Part shown: piece by piece, positions 42,478 through 51,076 of the stretch
Layout: the number at the start of each line of letters is the position of its first letter
How positions within the stretch are numbered: position 1 is the first letter of the stretch
NCBI GenBank assembly: GCA_025459285.1
Contig: JALOQY010000002.1
Location: 1 to 54,191, forward strand
Origin: Planctomycetota bacterium
Lineage (GTDB): Bacteria > Planctomycetota > JAJSAM01
Length of the DNA: 54,191 nt
Direction: 5' to 3'
The notes under the pieces: generated by a model
Seen by the model: the letters and a program-made list of their open reading frames with translations, nothing else
Database searches by the model: none
Told to the model about the DNA's origin: nothing
Position numbers and translations under genes: made by a program

Positions 42478-44125
42478 CGGTTGTGACAGACTGGCGGCGG
42501 ACCTGACGGCCTTCGTGCAGGGGGAACTCCCTGCGGAGCGGGCCGCGGAGTTCGAGGCCCATCTCGCCTCCTGCGCGGGATGCCGGGAAGCCGCGGACGG
42601 GATCCGGTCCGTGTTCCGGCTCACCGGCGCGGTGGAGGATCTCACGCCCTCGATGCGTTTCCGCCGGAACGTGGAGGCGCTCCTCCGGAAGGCGCGTTCC
42701 CCCGCGCCCCGGCGTGAGGGAGCCCTGTGGCGGCTCCGGACCGCGGTGGCTTTTCTCCGGGAACGCATCCGGACATCGCCGCGCTTCCGCCTGGCGGCGA
42801 TCTCCGTGGGCGTGCACTCCCTCCTGCTCCTCGCGTTCTCCATCGTCGTGCTGCCCGGAATGACTGACAAGGGGCCCCGCGAGTTCATCGGTGCCATCGA
42901 AAAGCCGCTCGTCGGCGAAGAGCCACCGGTCCGTCCCGGTCCAGGGAACGACTCGGCTTCCGGAGACCCGGAGGCGACGGGGCCCCATCCCCGGCCGCAC
43001 GAAGCGCTCCTGCCACCCCTCGATGCCCCTCCGCTGCCGGACCTGCGCGGACTCCCGCCGCTGCGGGCCCGCACGGAGCACGCCGCGATCACCGCGCTGC
43101 TCGGCTCGACGATCGACGACGGGCTGAAAGTGACGCGACTCGCGGCGTTCGCCGGCGAGGGAGAGAAGTCGCTCGAGGCGGTGCGCAAGGCGCTCCGGTG
43201 GCTCGCGGCGAGGCAGGAGGAGGACGGGTCCTTCGCTCCGATCGCACGCAACCCGGGTTACCGCACGGGAGTGACGGCAGCCGTACTCCTCGCGTTCCTT
43301 TCCGACGGTCACTGCCACACGCGTGGCGAGCGGGAGTTCCGGTTCGTGGTGGCGAAGGGCGTCGACCACCTGCTTCGTTTGCAGCACCAGAGCGGCCGGC
43401 ATGCCGGCCTGATCGGCCCGGCGGAAGGCCACTACGCCTACAACCACGCGCTGGCCACCCTCGCGCTCGTGGAGACGTACGCTCTCGACGGGCGGCGGCT
43501 TCCCCGGGAACGCGCGGCGCGGATCCGGGCCGCCGTGAGCCAGGCGATCGGCCTGCTCCTCCACTCCCAGCGTACGGGCGGCGGCTGGCGCTACGAGCTC
43601 CTTCCGGGCGCCGTGGACAACGACACCTCGGTGACGGTTTTCGCCGCCATGGCCCTCGGGGCCGCGCGCGCGGCGGGTTTCGCGGTTCCCAAGGAGTCGA
43701 CGGACCGCATCGCCGCGTGGCTTTCGGGCGTGACGGACGAGGCCGGCGAGGCCGGCTACCAGCGGGCCGGCGACCGGGGCGGGCAGCCGCCCACGCTGAC
43801 CGCCGGAGCGCTCCTCGCGGAGGAACTGCTCGGGCTCTCGAGCGTGGTCCGCGATCGCCGGGCCGTGATCGTGAAGCGCGAGATCGCCGATCCGCACGGA
43901 TCGCTCGGCCGCAACGGCCTCCTGCGGTTCTACGCCGCGCTGGCGTTCCGTCTGCGGGGGGAGGCGGTCCTGCGGTCCATGGCCCCGGTCATCCTCGGGC
44001 GGCAGCAGGCCGACGGGTCGTTCCGATCAGGCGAGGACCTCCATGGCGTCCATGGCGGGGACGCCTTCCAGACAGCGCTGGAAGTGCTCACGATCACCAC
44101 CGCCTACCATTGGGCCGGCTCCTGA
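42464..44125 (+). CDS. anti-sigma factor (zf-HC2) with one TM segment and a periplasmic alpha/alpha-toroid domain
   Basis: Overlaps the sigma gene by 14 nt. HLASCAGC zinc-finger motif and TM segment LAAISVGVHSLLLLAFSIVVL. The C-terminal repeats LRWLAARQEEDGSFAP, HSQRTGGGWRYE and GRQQADGSFRS resemble the 25559..26686 protein. Confidence 0.8.
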   Translation: MAPRDGCDRLAADLTAFVQGELPAERAAEFEAHLASCAGCREAADGIRSVFRLTGAVEDLTPSMRFRRNVEALLRKARSPAPRREGALWRLRTAVAFLRERIRTSPRFRLAAISVGVHSLLLLAFSIVVLPGMTDKGPREFIGAIEKPLVGEEPPVRPGPGNDSASGDPEATGPHPRPHEALLPPLDAPPLPDLRGLPPLRARTEHAAITALLGSTIDDGLKVTRLAAFAGEGEKSLEAVRKALRWLAARQEEDGSFAPIARNPGYRTGVTAAVLLAFLSDGHCHTRGEREFRFVVAKGVDHLLRLQHQSGRHAGLIGPAEGHYAYNHALATLALVETYALDGRRLPRERAARIRAAVSQAIGLLLHSQRTGGGWRYELLPGAVDNDTSVTVFAAMALGAARAAGFAVPKESTDRIAAWLSGVTDEAGEAGYQRAGDRGGQPPTLTAGALLAEELLGLSSVVRDRRAVIVKREIADPHGSLGRNGLLRFYAALAFRLRGEAVLRSMAPVILGRQQADGSFRSGEDLHGVHGGDAFQTALEVLTITTAYHWAGS

Positions 44126-44133
44126 CGGGAGAA

Positions 44134-44149
44134 CGGTACGGTGTTTGCT
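44134..44149 (+). promoter_or_regulatory. sigma54-type promoter motif (GG-N10-GC)
   Basis: cGGTACggtgtTTGCTg compared with the consensus TGGCAC-N5-TTGCW. The GC lies 43 nt upstream of the ATG at 44191. The fixed positions are the same as in the motif at 50578-50593. Confidence 0.5.
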
Positions 44150-44190
44150 GAAAGGCCCTCGGCGGACGGGAAAGACTGCCGGGGGCGACC

Positions 44191-44421
44191 ATGAGCCCGA
44201 ATGACATTCTGTTTTACGGACTCTGGAGAGGCAAGCGCATCTACCGGGTGGTGCGCGAGGGCCGGGCGCTCTTCGCCGGAACGCGAGGCGAGTGCAGCCG
44301 CTTTCTCACCCTGCACAGCGAGAAAGTCGCCCGGGAGGAGCGCGCCATGGCCTCCCCCAGGCGCCGCCGGCTCGTGCCGAAGCGGTACCGCGTCAGCCTG
44401 CGCCGGTCCGTGGCCGTCTGA
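44191..44421 (+). CDS. small basic protein (76 aa), unknown function
   Basis: About 88 percent G/C at third codon positions by hand count, similar to bona fide genes here. Preceded by a G-rich RBS-like stretch and a sigma54-type motif. Arg-rich C-terminal tail. No family recognised. Confidence 0.5.
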   Translation: MSPNDILFYGLWRGKRIYRVVREGRALFAGTRGECSRFLTLHSEKVAREERAMASPRRRRLVPKRYRVSLRRSVAV

Positions 44422-44786
44422 ATCCGGGCTGACAACTCCCGAACCGGCCCGCAAACGATCGTTATCACGGCGCGGGCACGCCCGCAGCCCAAGATGACGG
44501 GCGCACCCGCGCTGTCGATCAACCGGGGGAGGCAGATCCTCCCCCGCGTGGGCCGATCGCGGGCTCCCCCGGACCCCGCTCCCGCGGCGAAGCCTTGGCG
44601 AAGCCGGGGAGGCCCACGAAAGGCCCTGCTCCGCTTCGCTCCGCATGGCCTCCCCCTCCTCGCCTCCTGCGGCGGCGGGCGCCTCCTGCGCTCGCTCCCG
44701 AGATCTGGGAGCGCCGCGAAGAACCCGAGGTACGGTATCGTACCCGGTGACGGCCCGGTGACCCGCGGCCGGCAGAACTCCGGGAG

Positions 44787-45992
44787 ATGCGGATCCGTCC
44801 CTTTCTCCCATCCCTGCTCCTCGGACTGACCGCCGCCGTCGCGGCGGGGGCGGGCGACGATCCGGTCACGCGGATGGGGAAGACGCTCCTTCCCCGGAGC
44901 GACCTGGTGGTCCGCGGCGCGGCGGTGCGATCGTCGCGGCTGGGGGCGGGCGTGACCGTGGTGCGCTTCGCGGTCGCCGATCCGCTCCACGGCAGACCAG
45001 CCGGTGACACGGTCACGATCCTCGCCGACAATCCGGAAGTCTGCCCGGCCCCGGGGCTCTCGTGCGTGCTCTTCCTCGCCCGTCTGTCCGGTGACCGGTA
45101 CCGGATCGTGGAACGTATGGACCTCGCCGGTGTGGATGGGGCCGCCAAGCTGAAGACCCTGCGGGCCTATCTCGCCATCGAGGAGATGACCGATCCGGTG
45201 GAAAAGCGGCGGGCGCTGCGGGCCCTCCTGCTGGAAAACCTGATCAGCGGTGACAACTTCCTCGTCTACAGCTCGGCGCGCGAACTGGCCCACTTCACCG
45301 AGGAGAATGCCGGGTTGTTCACGCCGGAGGACGCGGCGATCCTCGCGGGCAAGAGACAGACCGCGCGAGACCCGCTGCTCACTGACCTGCTCACGACCTC
45401 GCTCGAGCGGCTCCCTCCACCACCGGGGGCCGAGGAGACCGCGCCACCGATCCCACGGGCTCTCCGGTCGCCGGAGTTCGAGCGCCTCGCGGCGGCCTTC
45501 GAGAAGGGGATCGAGGACGTGGAGGAACGACGCTCGGCCCTCGCGGCCCTCTGCGCGCGACATCTCCGCCACGCCGGTCCGATCCTCCTCGCCGCCCTGT
45601 CCGACCCGGATCCGGTCGTTCGGGAGATGGCCGCACGGGAGGCCGGAGAGGCCGGGCTCGCGGAAGCGGTGAAGCCGCTTATTGCGCTCCTCGGTCGGGA
45701 GAAGGACCGGGAGGTCCTGCGGGGGGTCATACAGGGGCTTGGACTCCTCCGAAGCGAAGAGGCGTTCGCCTCGATTTCGGCCTTCGCCGCCGACGCGGGT
45801 CTCGTCCGGGCCGTGGCCACGGCGGCGATGAGGATCGGCACGACCGGGGCGGTGGACTTCGTCCGCGGGCTGCGCGCGTCCCGCGGGGAGAAAGAACCGG
45901 AACTCGCGGACTTCCTCGACTTTCTGCTTTCCGAGCGCTTCGTGGAGCAGGAGGCCGTCCTGGCGCGGGTCCGCGCCGGCCGCCTGCGTTAG
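44787..45992 (+). CDS. secreted HEAT-repeat protein
   Basis: Signal peptide PSLLLGLTAAVAAGAG. HEAT repeats (LLAALSDPDPVVREMAAREAGEAG, LIALLGREKDREVLRGVIQGLG). Confidence 0.75.
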   Translation: MRIRPFLPSLLLGLTAAVAAGAGDDPVTRMGKTLLPRSDLVVRGAAVRSSRLGAGVTVVRFAVADPLHGRPAGDTVTILADNPEVCPAPGLSCVLFLARLSGDRYRIVERMDLAGVDGAAKLKTLRAYLAIEEMTDPVEKRRALRALLLENLISGDNFLVYSSARELAHFTEENAGLFTPEDAAILAGKRQTARDPLLTDLLTTSLERLPPPPGAEETAPPIPRALRSPEFERLAAAFEKGIEDVEERRSALAALCARHLRHAGPILLAALSDPDPVVREMAAREAGEAGLAEAVKPLIALLGREKDREVLRGVIQGLGLLRSEEAFASISAFAADAGLVRAVATAAMRIGTTGAVDFVRGLRASRGEKEPELADFLDFLLSERFVEQEAVLARVRAGRLR

Positions 45993-46050
45993 TAGCCCGT
46001 CGGGGTAAGGGGTCGCATTGCCGAGAACGTCCCCGGCCCCGACAGCCCGG
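45990..46050. repeat. palindromic repeat family, sub-family A copy (plus an extra inverted arm at 46088-46106)
   Basis: TAG stop (45990-45992), then tagcccgtcggggt, then the core aaggggtcgcattgccgagaacgtcccc, then ggccccgacagcccgg. The 12-nt cggggtaagggg (46001-46012) recurs inverted at 46088-46099. Confidence 0.75.
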
Positions 46051-46132
46051 CGTCCGGGCGGAAACGGGACCGGAGCCGGCGATGAAACCCCTTACCCCGG
46101 TCGGCCCCGAGGCGGTACACTCGCCCATTCCC

Positions 46133-47671
46133 ATGAAGACGCTCCGGCCGGAAGTTCTCCTGCTCCTCGTTTCGCTCCTCCTCGCTGGGGGCCACCGCGT
46201 GGCCGCGGCGGGCGAAGTGCCGCTCACGCTCGAGGAGTGCCTCCGACGGGCCCTCGAGGCCTCCCTGCAGATCCGGGAGGGACGATTCGTCCCGGAGATC
46301 GCCGAAACCTACATCTCCGAGGCGGAATCGGAATTCGAGCACCTGCTTTCCTTCAACACGTTCGGAGGGAAGTCCAGGATCCCTTCGGGGACGGTCTTCG
46401 CGGGCGGCGACAAGATCGAGGAACAGAGTTTCGGCGCGGATGCGGCGATCGGACAGAAGGTGCGGACCGGTGGCACCTGGTCGTTCGGGTTCCAGACATC
46501 GGACCTCGTGACCGACAGCTTCTTCTACACGATCCGGCCGGCGTGGACGAACTCGTTCTCCTTCCGGGTGCGCCAACCAGTGCTGCGCCGGGGCGGCATC
46601 TCCTACAACGAGGCGAATATCCGGAGCGCGGAGGCTTCGACGCGGGCCGCGCGGGCCGAGTACCGGAATCTCCTGGAGCGGACACTCGCGGGTGTGGAGC
46701 GGTCGTACTGGCTGCTCGTCTACGCCGGAGCCGACCTCGAGGTGAAGCGCCACTCGCTGCGCGTGGCCGAGGAGTTGCTTCGGATCAGCCGGCGGCGTCT
46801 CGAGGCGGGAGCCGGAACGCGGATCGAGGTCGTGCAAGCCGAGGCGGGCATCGCGCAGCGAGAGAAGGAGTTGATTCTTGCCGAGCACCGCCTGGCCTCC
46901 TCGAGGGACGTCCTCAGGTCCTTCGTCTTCCCGTTCGTCGAGAAGAACGGCGAGCAGGAGTTCCTGATCGCGCCGCGCGACTCGGCGTCACCGTCGCCCA
47001 CGCCCCCCTCCGGGAACCTGGAGAGCAGGATCCGCCTGGCCTTTGAACGCCGGCCGGACGTAGAGGCGACGAAGGAGGCGCTCGAGGCGGCGGGCATCCG
47101 GGTCAGCCAGCGCGAGAACGAGCTTCTTCCGCAGGTGGACGCCTTCGGACGGGTCGGACTCGCCGGGCTGGAGGAGAGTTTCTCGGAGTCGTCGCGGATC
47201 GCCATGAGCCGGAGATTCCCAACTTGGGAGGTCGGGATTTCTGTCGAGATCCCGCTGGGAAACGAGGCGGCCCGGTCCCGTCACCGCCGTTCGCTTCTGG
47301 AGCGCGCGAAGATCGCCGCGGGCTTCGAGACGCTGAAAAACCAGGTGGTCGTGGATGTCCGGGATGCGTGGCGTCTGATCGAGACCTCCCGGCGCGAAAT
47401 CGAGGCCAGCCGTCGCGCCGTGGCGGCGGCGCAGGCGCAGTTCGAGGCGGAGCGCGACCGGGTGGAGGCGGAGAAGTCGACGAACTACCAGTTGCTGGAG
47501 ACGGAGCAGGACCTCTCGGAGGCGAAGAGCCAGGAGCTCTTCTCCCTGGTCGGCTATCGCATCGCCCTGGTGAACATCGAGGAGGCCACCGGCACCTACC
47601 TGGAGACGAGGGGCCTGGCCATGCCGGAGGGCGATTCCTTCCGTGAGGACGGCCCCGAGGGCGCCCGGTGA
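46133..47671 (+). CDS. TolC-family outer-membrane efflux protein
   Basis: Signal peptide MKTLRPEVLLLLVSLLLAGG. Two-repeat helical/beta architecture with the typical LTLEECLRRALE start and coiled-coil repeats. An alternative ATG at 46082 has a better GGAG RBS but lies in repeat-derived sequence. Confidence 0.8.
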   Translation: MKTLRPEVLLLLVSLLLAGGHRVAAAGEVPLTLEECLRRALEASLQIREGRFVPEIAETYISEAESEFEHLLSFNTFGGKSRIPSGTVFAGGDKIEEQSFGADAAIGQKVRTGGTWSFGFQTSDLVTDSFFYTIRPAWTNSFSFRVRQPVLRRGGISYNEANIRSAEASTRAARAEYRNLLERTLAGVERSYWLLVYAGADLEVKRHSLRVAEELLRISRRRLEAGAGTRIEVVQAEAGIAQREKELILAEHRLASSRDVLRSFVFPFVEKNGEQEFLIAPRDSASPSPTPPSGNLESRIRLAFERRPDVEATKEALEAAGIRVSQRENELLPQVDAFGRVGLAGLEESFSESSRIAMSRRFPTWEVGISVEIPLGNEAARSRHRRSLLERAKIAAGFETLKNQVVVDVRDAWRLIETSRREIEASRRAVAAAQAQFEAERDRVEAEKSTNYQLLETEQDLSEAKSQELFSLVGYRIALVNIEEATGTYLETRGLAMPEGDSFREDGPEGAR

Positions 47672-49269
47672 AGGGCGTCCCGGCGATCCTTGCACTCGCG
47701 GTCCTGCTCCCCGGGTGCCCCGGGAAGGAGCCTCCCCGGCGCGGTGCGGTGCCGAGACTCGAGACCCCGCCTCCGTCGCGTCCGCCCCTCGTCGTCCCGG
47801 AAGCCGATCCCCCCCCGGAGGCGAAGATCTCGTTCTACCTGGACCTTGTCGCACTGGGTGTCGCGGACGACCTCGCCTGGGCGCTCGGTCAGCTTCGAAA
47901 GGCGGGCGAGGCGGCGGCCGAGCCGCTGCGGGCGCGCCTCGCGGCCCGGTTCGGCCGGCCGGAGACGGAGCACTTCGTCCACGCGTTCGCGGAGGCGGTC
48001 CCACCCGCCGGCGCGATGGACCTGCTCCTCCGCGCGGCGACAGTCCGGGACGAGCGCGTCGGTCTCCACGCGGCCCGCGCGCTCGGACGGACCGGAAAGG
48101 CGGAGGCCCTGCCCGCCCTTTTCGACCTTCTCGGAAGTGGCATCCACCCGGTGTCGGACGCCGCGCTCGAGGGGATCCTCGCGATCGGCGGCGAGGCGGC
48201 GGTGAACGGCTTCCTGGGACGGTTCCCGCAGCACATGGACCCCGACGTTGCGGCGCGAGCCATTCAACCGGTCTCGGAACTGCTCCCCGACCGCACACGA
48301 ACGGCCTTCCTCCGGGGTGCGCTCGCCAGCGAGGATCCGCGGATCTCCCTCGCCGCCGCCCGTCAGGTCTTCCGATCCCTGCCGGAACTCCGCGCCGCGG
48401 CTCGCGCCCGGGTCGACGACTTTCTCGACGGCGACTACCGCGGCCCGGCCCTGGAGGTTCTGGCGGAGGCCCGGGACCAGGTGGCGCTCGGCGCCCTGTG
48501 CGGTCTCAGCCGTGTGGAAGACGACGGTGCGGCGATCTTCGCTCTCGGTAACCTCTCACACTATGAAGCGCCGGAAGCGAGGGCGGCGCTGTGGGACGCG
48601 GCGGTATCGCGCCACGACGCCCGGCGGCGGGAGGCCCTGCACGCCCTCGCTCGGTCCGGCGACCCCGGCGCGCTGCCCCGGATCCGCGGGATGCTCTCCT
48701 CCCGGGAGGTGGCCGACCGGCTGGTGGCCGCTCTCGTCCTCGGGTCGATCCGGGACCCCGGTTCGCTCCCGGAACTCCGGGCGGCAGCCGAGGTGGAACC
48801 GGAACCGAACGTCCGAGTGAAACTGGCGAACGCCATCGCACTTCTCGGGGCGACGGAAGGGTCGGCAACGGTGGTCCGGATGCTCCTCGCCGAGCGCGAG
48901 ACGGAGCCGAGCGTGGCTTTCGTCGCGAATCAGGCCGCCTCCATGCTGCTGCGGTTTCCAGAGCTGTCCCCGGAAGCGCGCGGCTTCCTCGGGGCCGCCC
49001 TCCGATCCCCGAACGAGGCGATCCGGATGAACGCGGCGCGCGCCGCGGGACGACGCGGACTCGGCAGTGATCTGACGGCGCTCCTCGGACGGCTGCTCAC
49101 CGACCCGTCGGTCCACGTCCGGCGCTCCGCCGTCGGAGGCTACGTCTTGGCGGACGGGGCCACAGCGGAACCGGTGGCCCTGGCGTACCGCCGGGAGGGG
49201 GACGGGCGGCTGGCGCAGGAGATGGAGGTGGCGGTACGGAAGCTCGTCCATCGATGGCAGGACCCGTGA
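47668..49269 (+). CDS. HEAT-repeat lipoprotein
   Basis: The GTG overlaps the TolC stop (GTGA). Lipobox LAVLLPGC. Multiple HEAT repeats (HAARALGRTGKAEALPALFDLL, ALHALARSGDPGALPRIRGML). Confidence 0.75.
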   Translation: MKGVPAILALAVLLPGCPGKEPPRRGAVPRLETPPPSRPPLVVPEADPPPEAKISFYLDLVALGVADDLAWALGQLRKAGEAAAEPLRARLAARFGRPETEHFVHAFAEAVPPAGAMDLLLRAATVRDERVGLHAARALGRTGKAEALPALFDLLGSGIHPVSDAALEGILAIGGEAAVNGFLGRFPQHMDPDVAARAIQPVSELLPDRTRTAFLRGALASEDPRISLAAARQVFRSLPELRAAARARVDDFLDGDYRGPALEVLAEARDQVALGALCGLSRVEDDGAAIFALGNLSHYEAPEARAALWDAAVSRHDARRREALHALARSGDPGALPRIRGMLSSREVADRLVAALVLGSIRDPGSLPELRAAAEVEPEPNVRVKLANAIALLGATEGSATVVRMLLAERETEPSVAFVANQAASMLLRFPELSPEARGFLGAALRSPNEAIRMNAARAAGRRGLGSDLTALLGRLLTDPSVHVRRSAVGGYVLADGATAEPVALAYRREGDGRLAQEMEVAVRKLVHRWQDP

Positions 49270-49274
49270 CCTTC

Positions 49275-49336
49275 CAGCCTGTCGGGGCCAAGGACGATCT
49301 CTGCGCTGCGACCCCTTCGCCTCGAAAGGCTGCTGG
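49275..49336. repeat. palindromic repeat family, sub-family A copy in inverted orientation
   Basis: cagcctgtcggggccaaggacgatctctgcgctgcgacc matches the reverse complement of 25501-25559 at 36 of 39 positions (hand alignment). It starts 5 nt after the TGA at 49267-49269. Confidence 0.8.
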
Positions 49337-49362
49337 TGGCCGGTGTTCGGGAGGTGGCCTCC

Positions 49363-50415
49363 ATGGACGGCGTGACGATTCTCGAGAAGGCGATCGAACT
49401 GGGTGCCTCGGACGCGATCCTCACGGCGGGGGAGCCGCCGGTGTACCGCGTGCTCGGAAACCTCCGCACCGACACCAGTGGCGAGCGCCTGTCGCCGGAG
49501 GACACGAGGAGGATCCTGTACTCCCTCCTGCGCCAGCACCAGGTCGTGCGTTTCGAGAAGGAGCGCGAACTCGATTTCTCGGTGGCCCTGCCGGGGGACC
49601 GGCGATTCCGTGCCAATGCCTTCCTCCAGCGGGGAGCCGTGGGCGCCGCGTTCCGCCGCATCCCGGAGAAGGTGCCACGCTTGTCCGAGCTGGAGCTTCC
49701 GCCGGCGCTGGCGCGACTGGCGCTCTCGCAGCAGGGCCTCCTCCTCGTCACCGGCCCGACGGGCTCGGGGAAGACCACCACCCTGGCGGCCCTCGTGGAG
49801 GAGATCAACCAGGTCCGCAGGGCGCACATCGTCACGATCGAAGACCCCATCGAGTACCTCCACCACAACTGCCGGTCGATCATCGAGCAGCGCGAGGTCG
49901 GGGAGGACACCCTCAGTTTCGCCGCAGCGCTGCGGCACGTGCTGCGGCAGGACCCCGACGTGATCCTCGTGGGGGAGATGCGCGACCTCGAGGCGATCTC
50001 GACCGCGCTGACCGCGGCGGAAACAGGCCACCTCGTCCTCGGGACGCTCCACACGAACGATTGCGCCCAGAGCGTGGACCGGATCGTGGATGTCTTCCCC
50101 GCGGCCCAGCAGGGCCAAGTGCGCAGTCAGCTCGCGGCATCCCTGCTGGCCATCTTCTCCCAGCGGCTCATCCCCCGTTCCGACCGTAGGGGGTTGATCC
50201 CGGCGTCGGAACTTCTCGTGGCCACGATGGCCGCCCGGGCCCACATCCGCGAAGACCGCCTGCACCAGCTCACTTCGGTCATCGAGACCGGTGGGCGGGA
50301 AGGGATGCACACCCTCGACCAGAGCCTCCGGGATCTCTTCCAGACGGGACGGATCCCTCTCGAGGAGGCTCTGCGGTACTGCCGGAACCCCCGGGAGCTC
50401 CAGAGCCTGAAGTAG
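49363..50415 (+). CDS. pilT: type IV pilus retraction ATPase PilT
   Basis: GASDAILTAGEPP, Walker A GPTGSGKTTT, IVTIEDPIEY, ILVGEMRD and LVLGTLHTN. ATG at 49363 follows GGGAGG at 8-nt spacing. Confidence 0.9.
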   Translation: MDGVTILEKAIELGASDAILTAGEPPVYRVLGNLRTDTSGERLSPEDTRRILYSLLRQHQVVRFEKERELDFSVALPGDRRFRANAFLQRGAVGAAFRRIPEKVPRLSELELPPALARLALSQQGLLLVTGPTGSGKTTTLAALVEEINQVRRAHIVTIEDPIEYLHHNCRSIIEQREVGEDTLSFAAALRHVLRQDPDVILVGEMRDLEAISTALTAAETGHLVLGTLHTNDCAQSVDRIVDVFPAAQQGQVRSQLAASLLAIFSQRLIPRSDRRGLIPASELLVATMAARAHIREDRLHQLTSVIETGGREGMHTLDQSLRDLFQTGRIPLEEALRYCRNPRELQSLK

Positions 50416-50577
50416 GAATCGCGGTTCCGGAAGCAGCGTGGACGATGTTCTCCCGCGACGACGGTCCGGGACCTGTCCTTCGGATTGGACGGCCCGGGAG
50501 GGGTGGGTGGCCCGCCTCGCCCCGGGAATGTCCACCGATCGACGATCCGGTCGTTTCCGCGTGTTCTTCGAGGCGAT

Positions 50578-50593
50578 TGGTACTCTCCTTGCT
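50578..50593 (+). promoter_or_regulatory. sigma54-type promoter motif (GG-N10-GC)
   Basis: tGGTACtctccTTGCTg. The GC lies 35 nt upstream of the ATG at 50627. The in-frame stretch upstream of that ATG has markedly lower G/C at third positions, which supports it being non-coding. Confidence 0.5.
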
Positions 50594-50626
50594 GTGAGAG
50601 GGGCGGGGGGACGGAGGTTTCGGAGA

Positions 50627-51076
50627 ATGGCGTTGAACGAACTCGAGGTCGACGAACGGAGGTTGCCGGGCGGAGACCGGCGGCGGCGTCCGACGCCGAT
50701 GCTGAGCCGATACACGCTTTGGGGCCGCCGGCGGAACATGCGCCGGGCGAGCGAGATGGCCAATTCCTATGTGGATCGCTATGGGTTCCGAGTAGCGGCG
50801 GTCCTCGCGGGGATCCTCATTCTGTGCGTGCTCGATGCGGTCTTCACCCTCCTTTACCTCCAGAAGGGCGGGGGAGAACTGAACCCCCTGATGCGCCGCG
50901 CGATCGAGGCCGGCACGGGGCCGTTCATCGCCATCAAGTGCGGTCTCACCATCGCGGGGATCCTCTTCCTTGCGCTGCACAAGAACTTCCGCTTCGTGAA
51001 GGGGCTCATCGCGGGAGTCCTCGGGTTCTACCTGCTCCTCCTCGGCTACCACCTGTACCTCGCGTCGGTTACCTAG
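50627..51076 (+). CDS. small membrane protein, DUF5658-like, with Arg-rich N-terminal tail
   Basis: ATG at 50627 follows GGAGG. The N-terminus reads GGDRRRRPTPMLSRYTLWGRRRNMRR. Four hydrophobic helices follow, with the LDAVFTLLYL..GGGELNPLM motif I associate with DUF5658 (from memory). Confidence 0.65.
   Translation: MALNELEVDERRLPGGDRRRRPTPMLSRYTLWGRRRNMRRASEMANSYVDRYGFRVAAVLAGILILCVLDAVFTLLYLQKGGGELNPLMRRAIEAGTGPFIAIKCGLTIAGILFLALHKNFRFVKGLIAGVLGFYLLLLGYHLYLASVT

Noticed and set aside
44494-44829. 111-aa ORF (and 44201..44497) filling the 365-nt gap
   Set aside because: The translation is Arg/Pro/Gly/Ser-rich and featureless. It overlaps the well-supported start of the HEAT gene at 44787, and no RBS precedes it. 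The region is kept as non-coding or unknown.
46082-46132. Upstream ATG start for the TolC-family gene
   Set aside because: It would add 17 residues before an otherwise canonical signal peptide. It also lies within sequence that is an inverted copy of the repeat-element arm (46088-46106). It does have a better GGAG RBS than ATG 46133, so I kept it as an alternative only.
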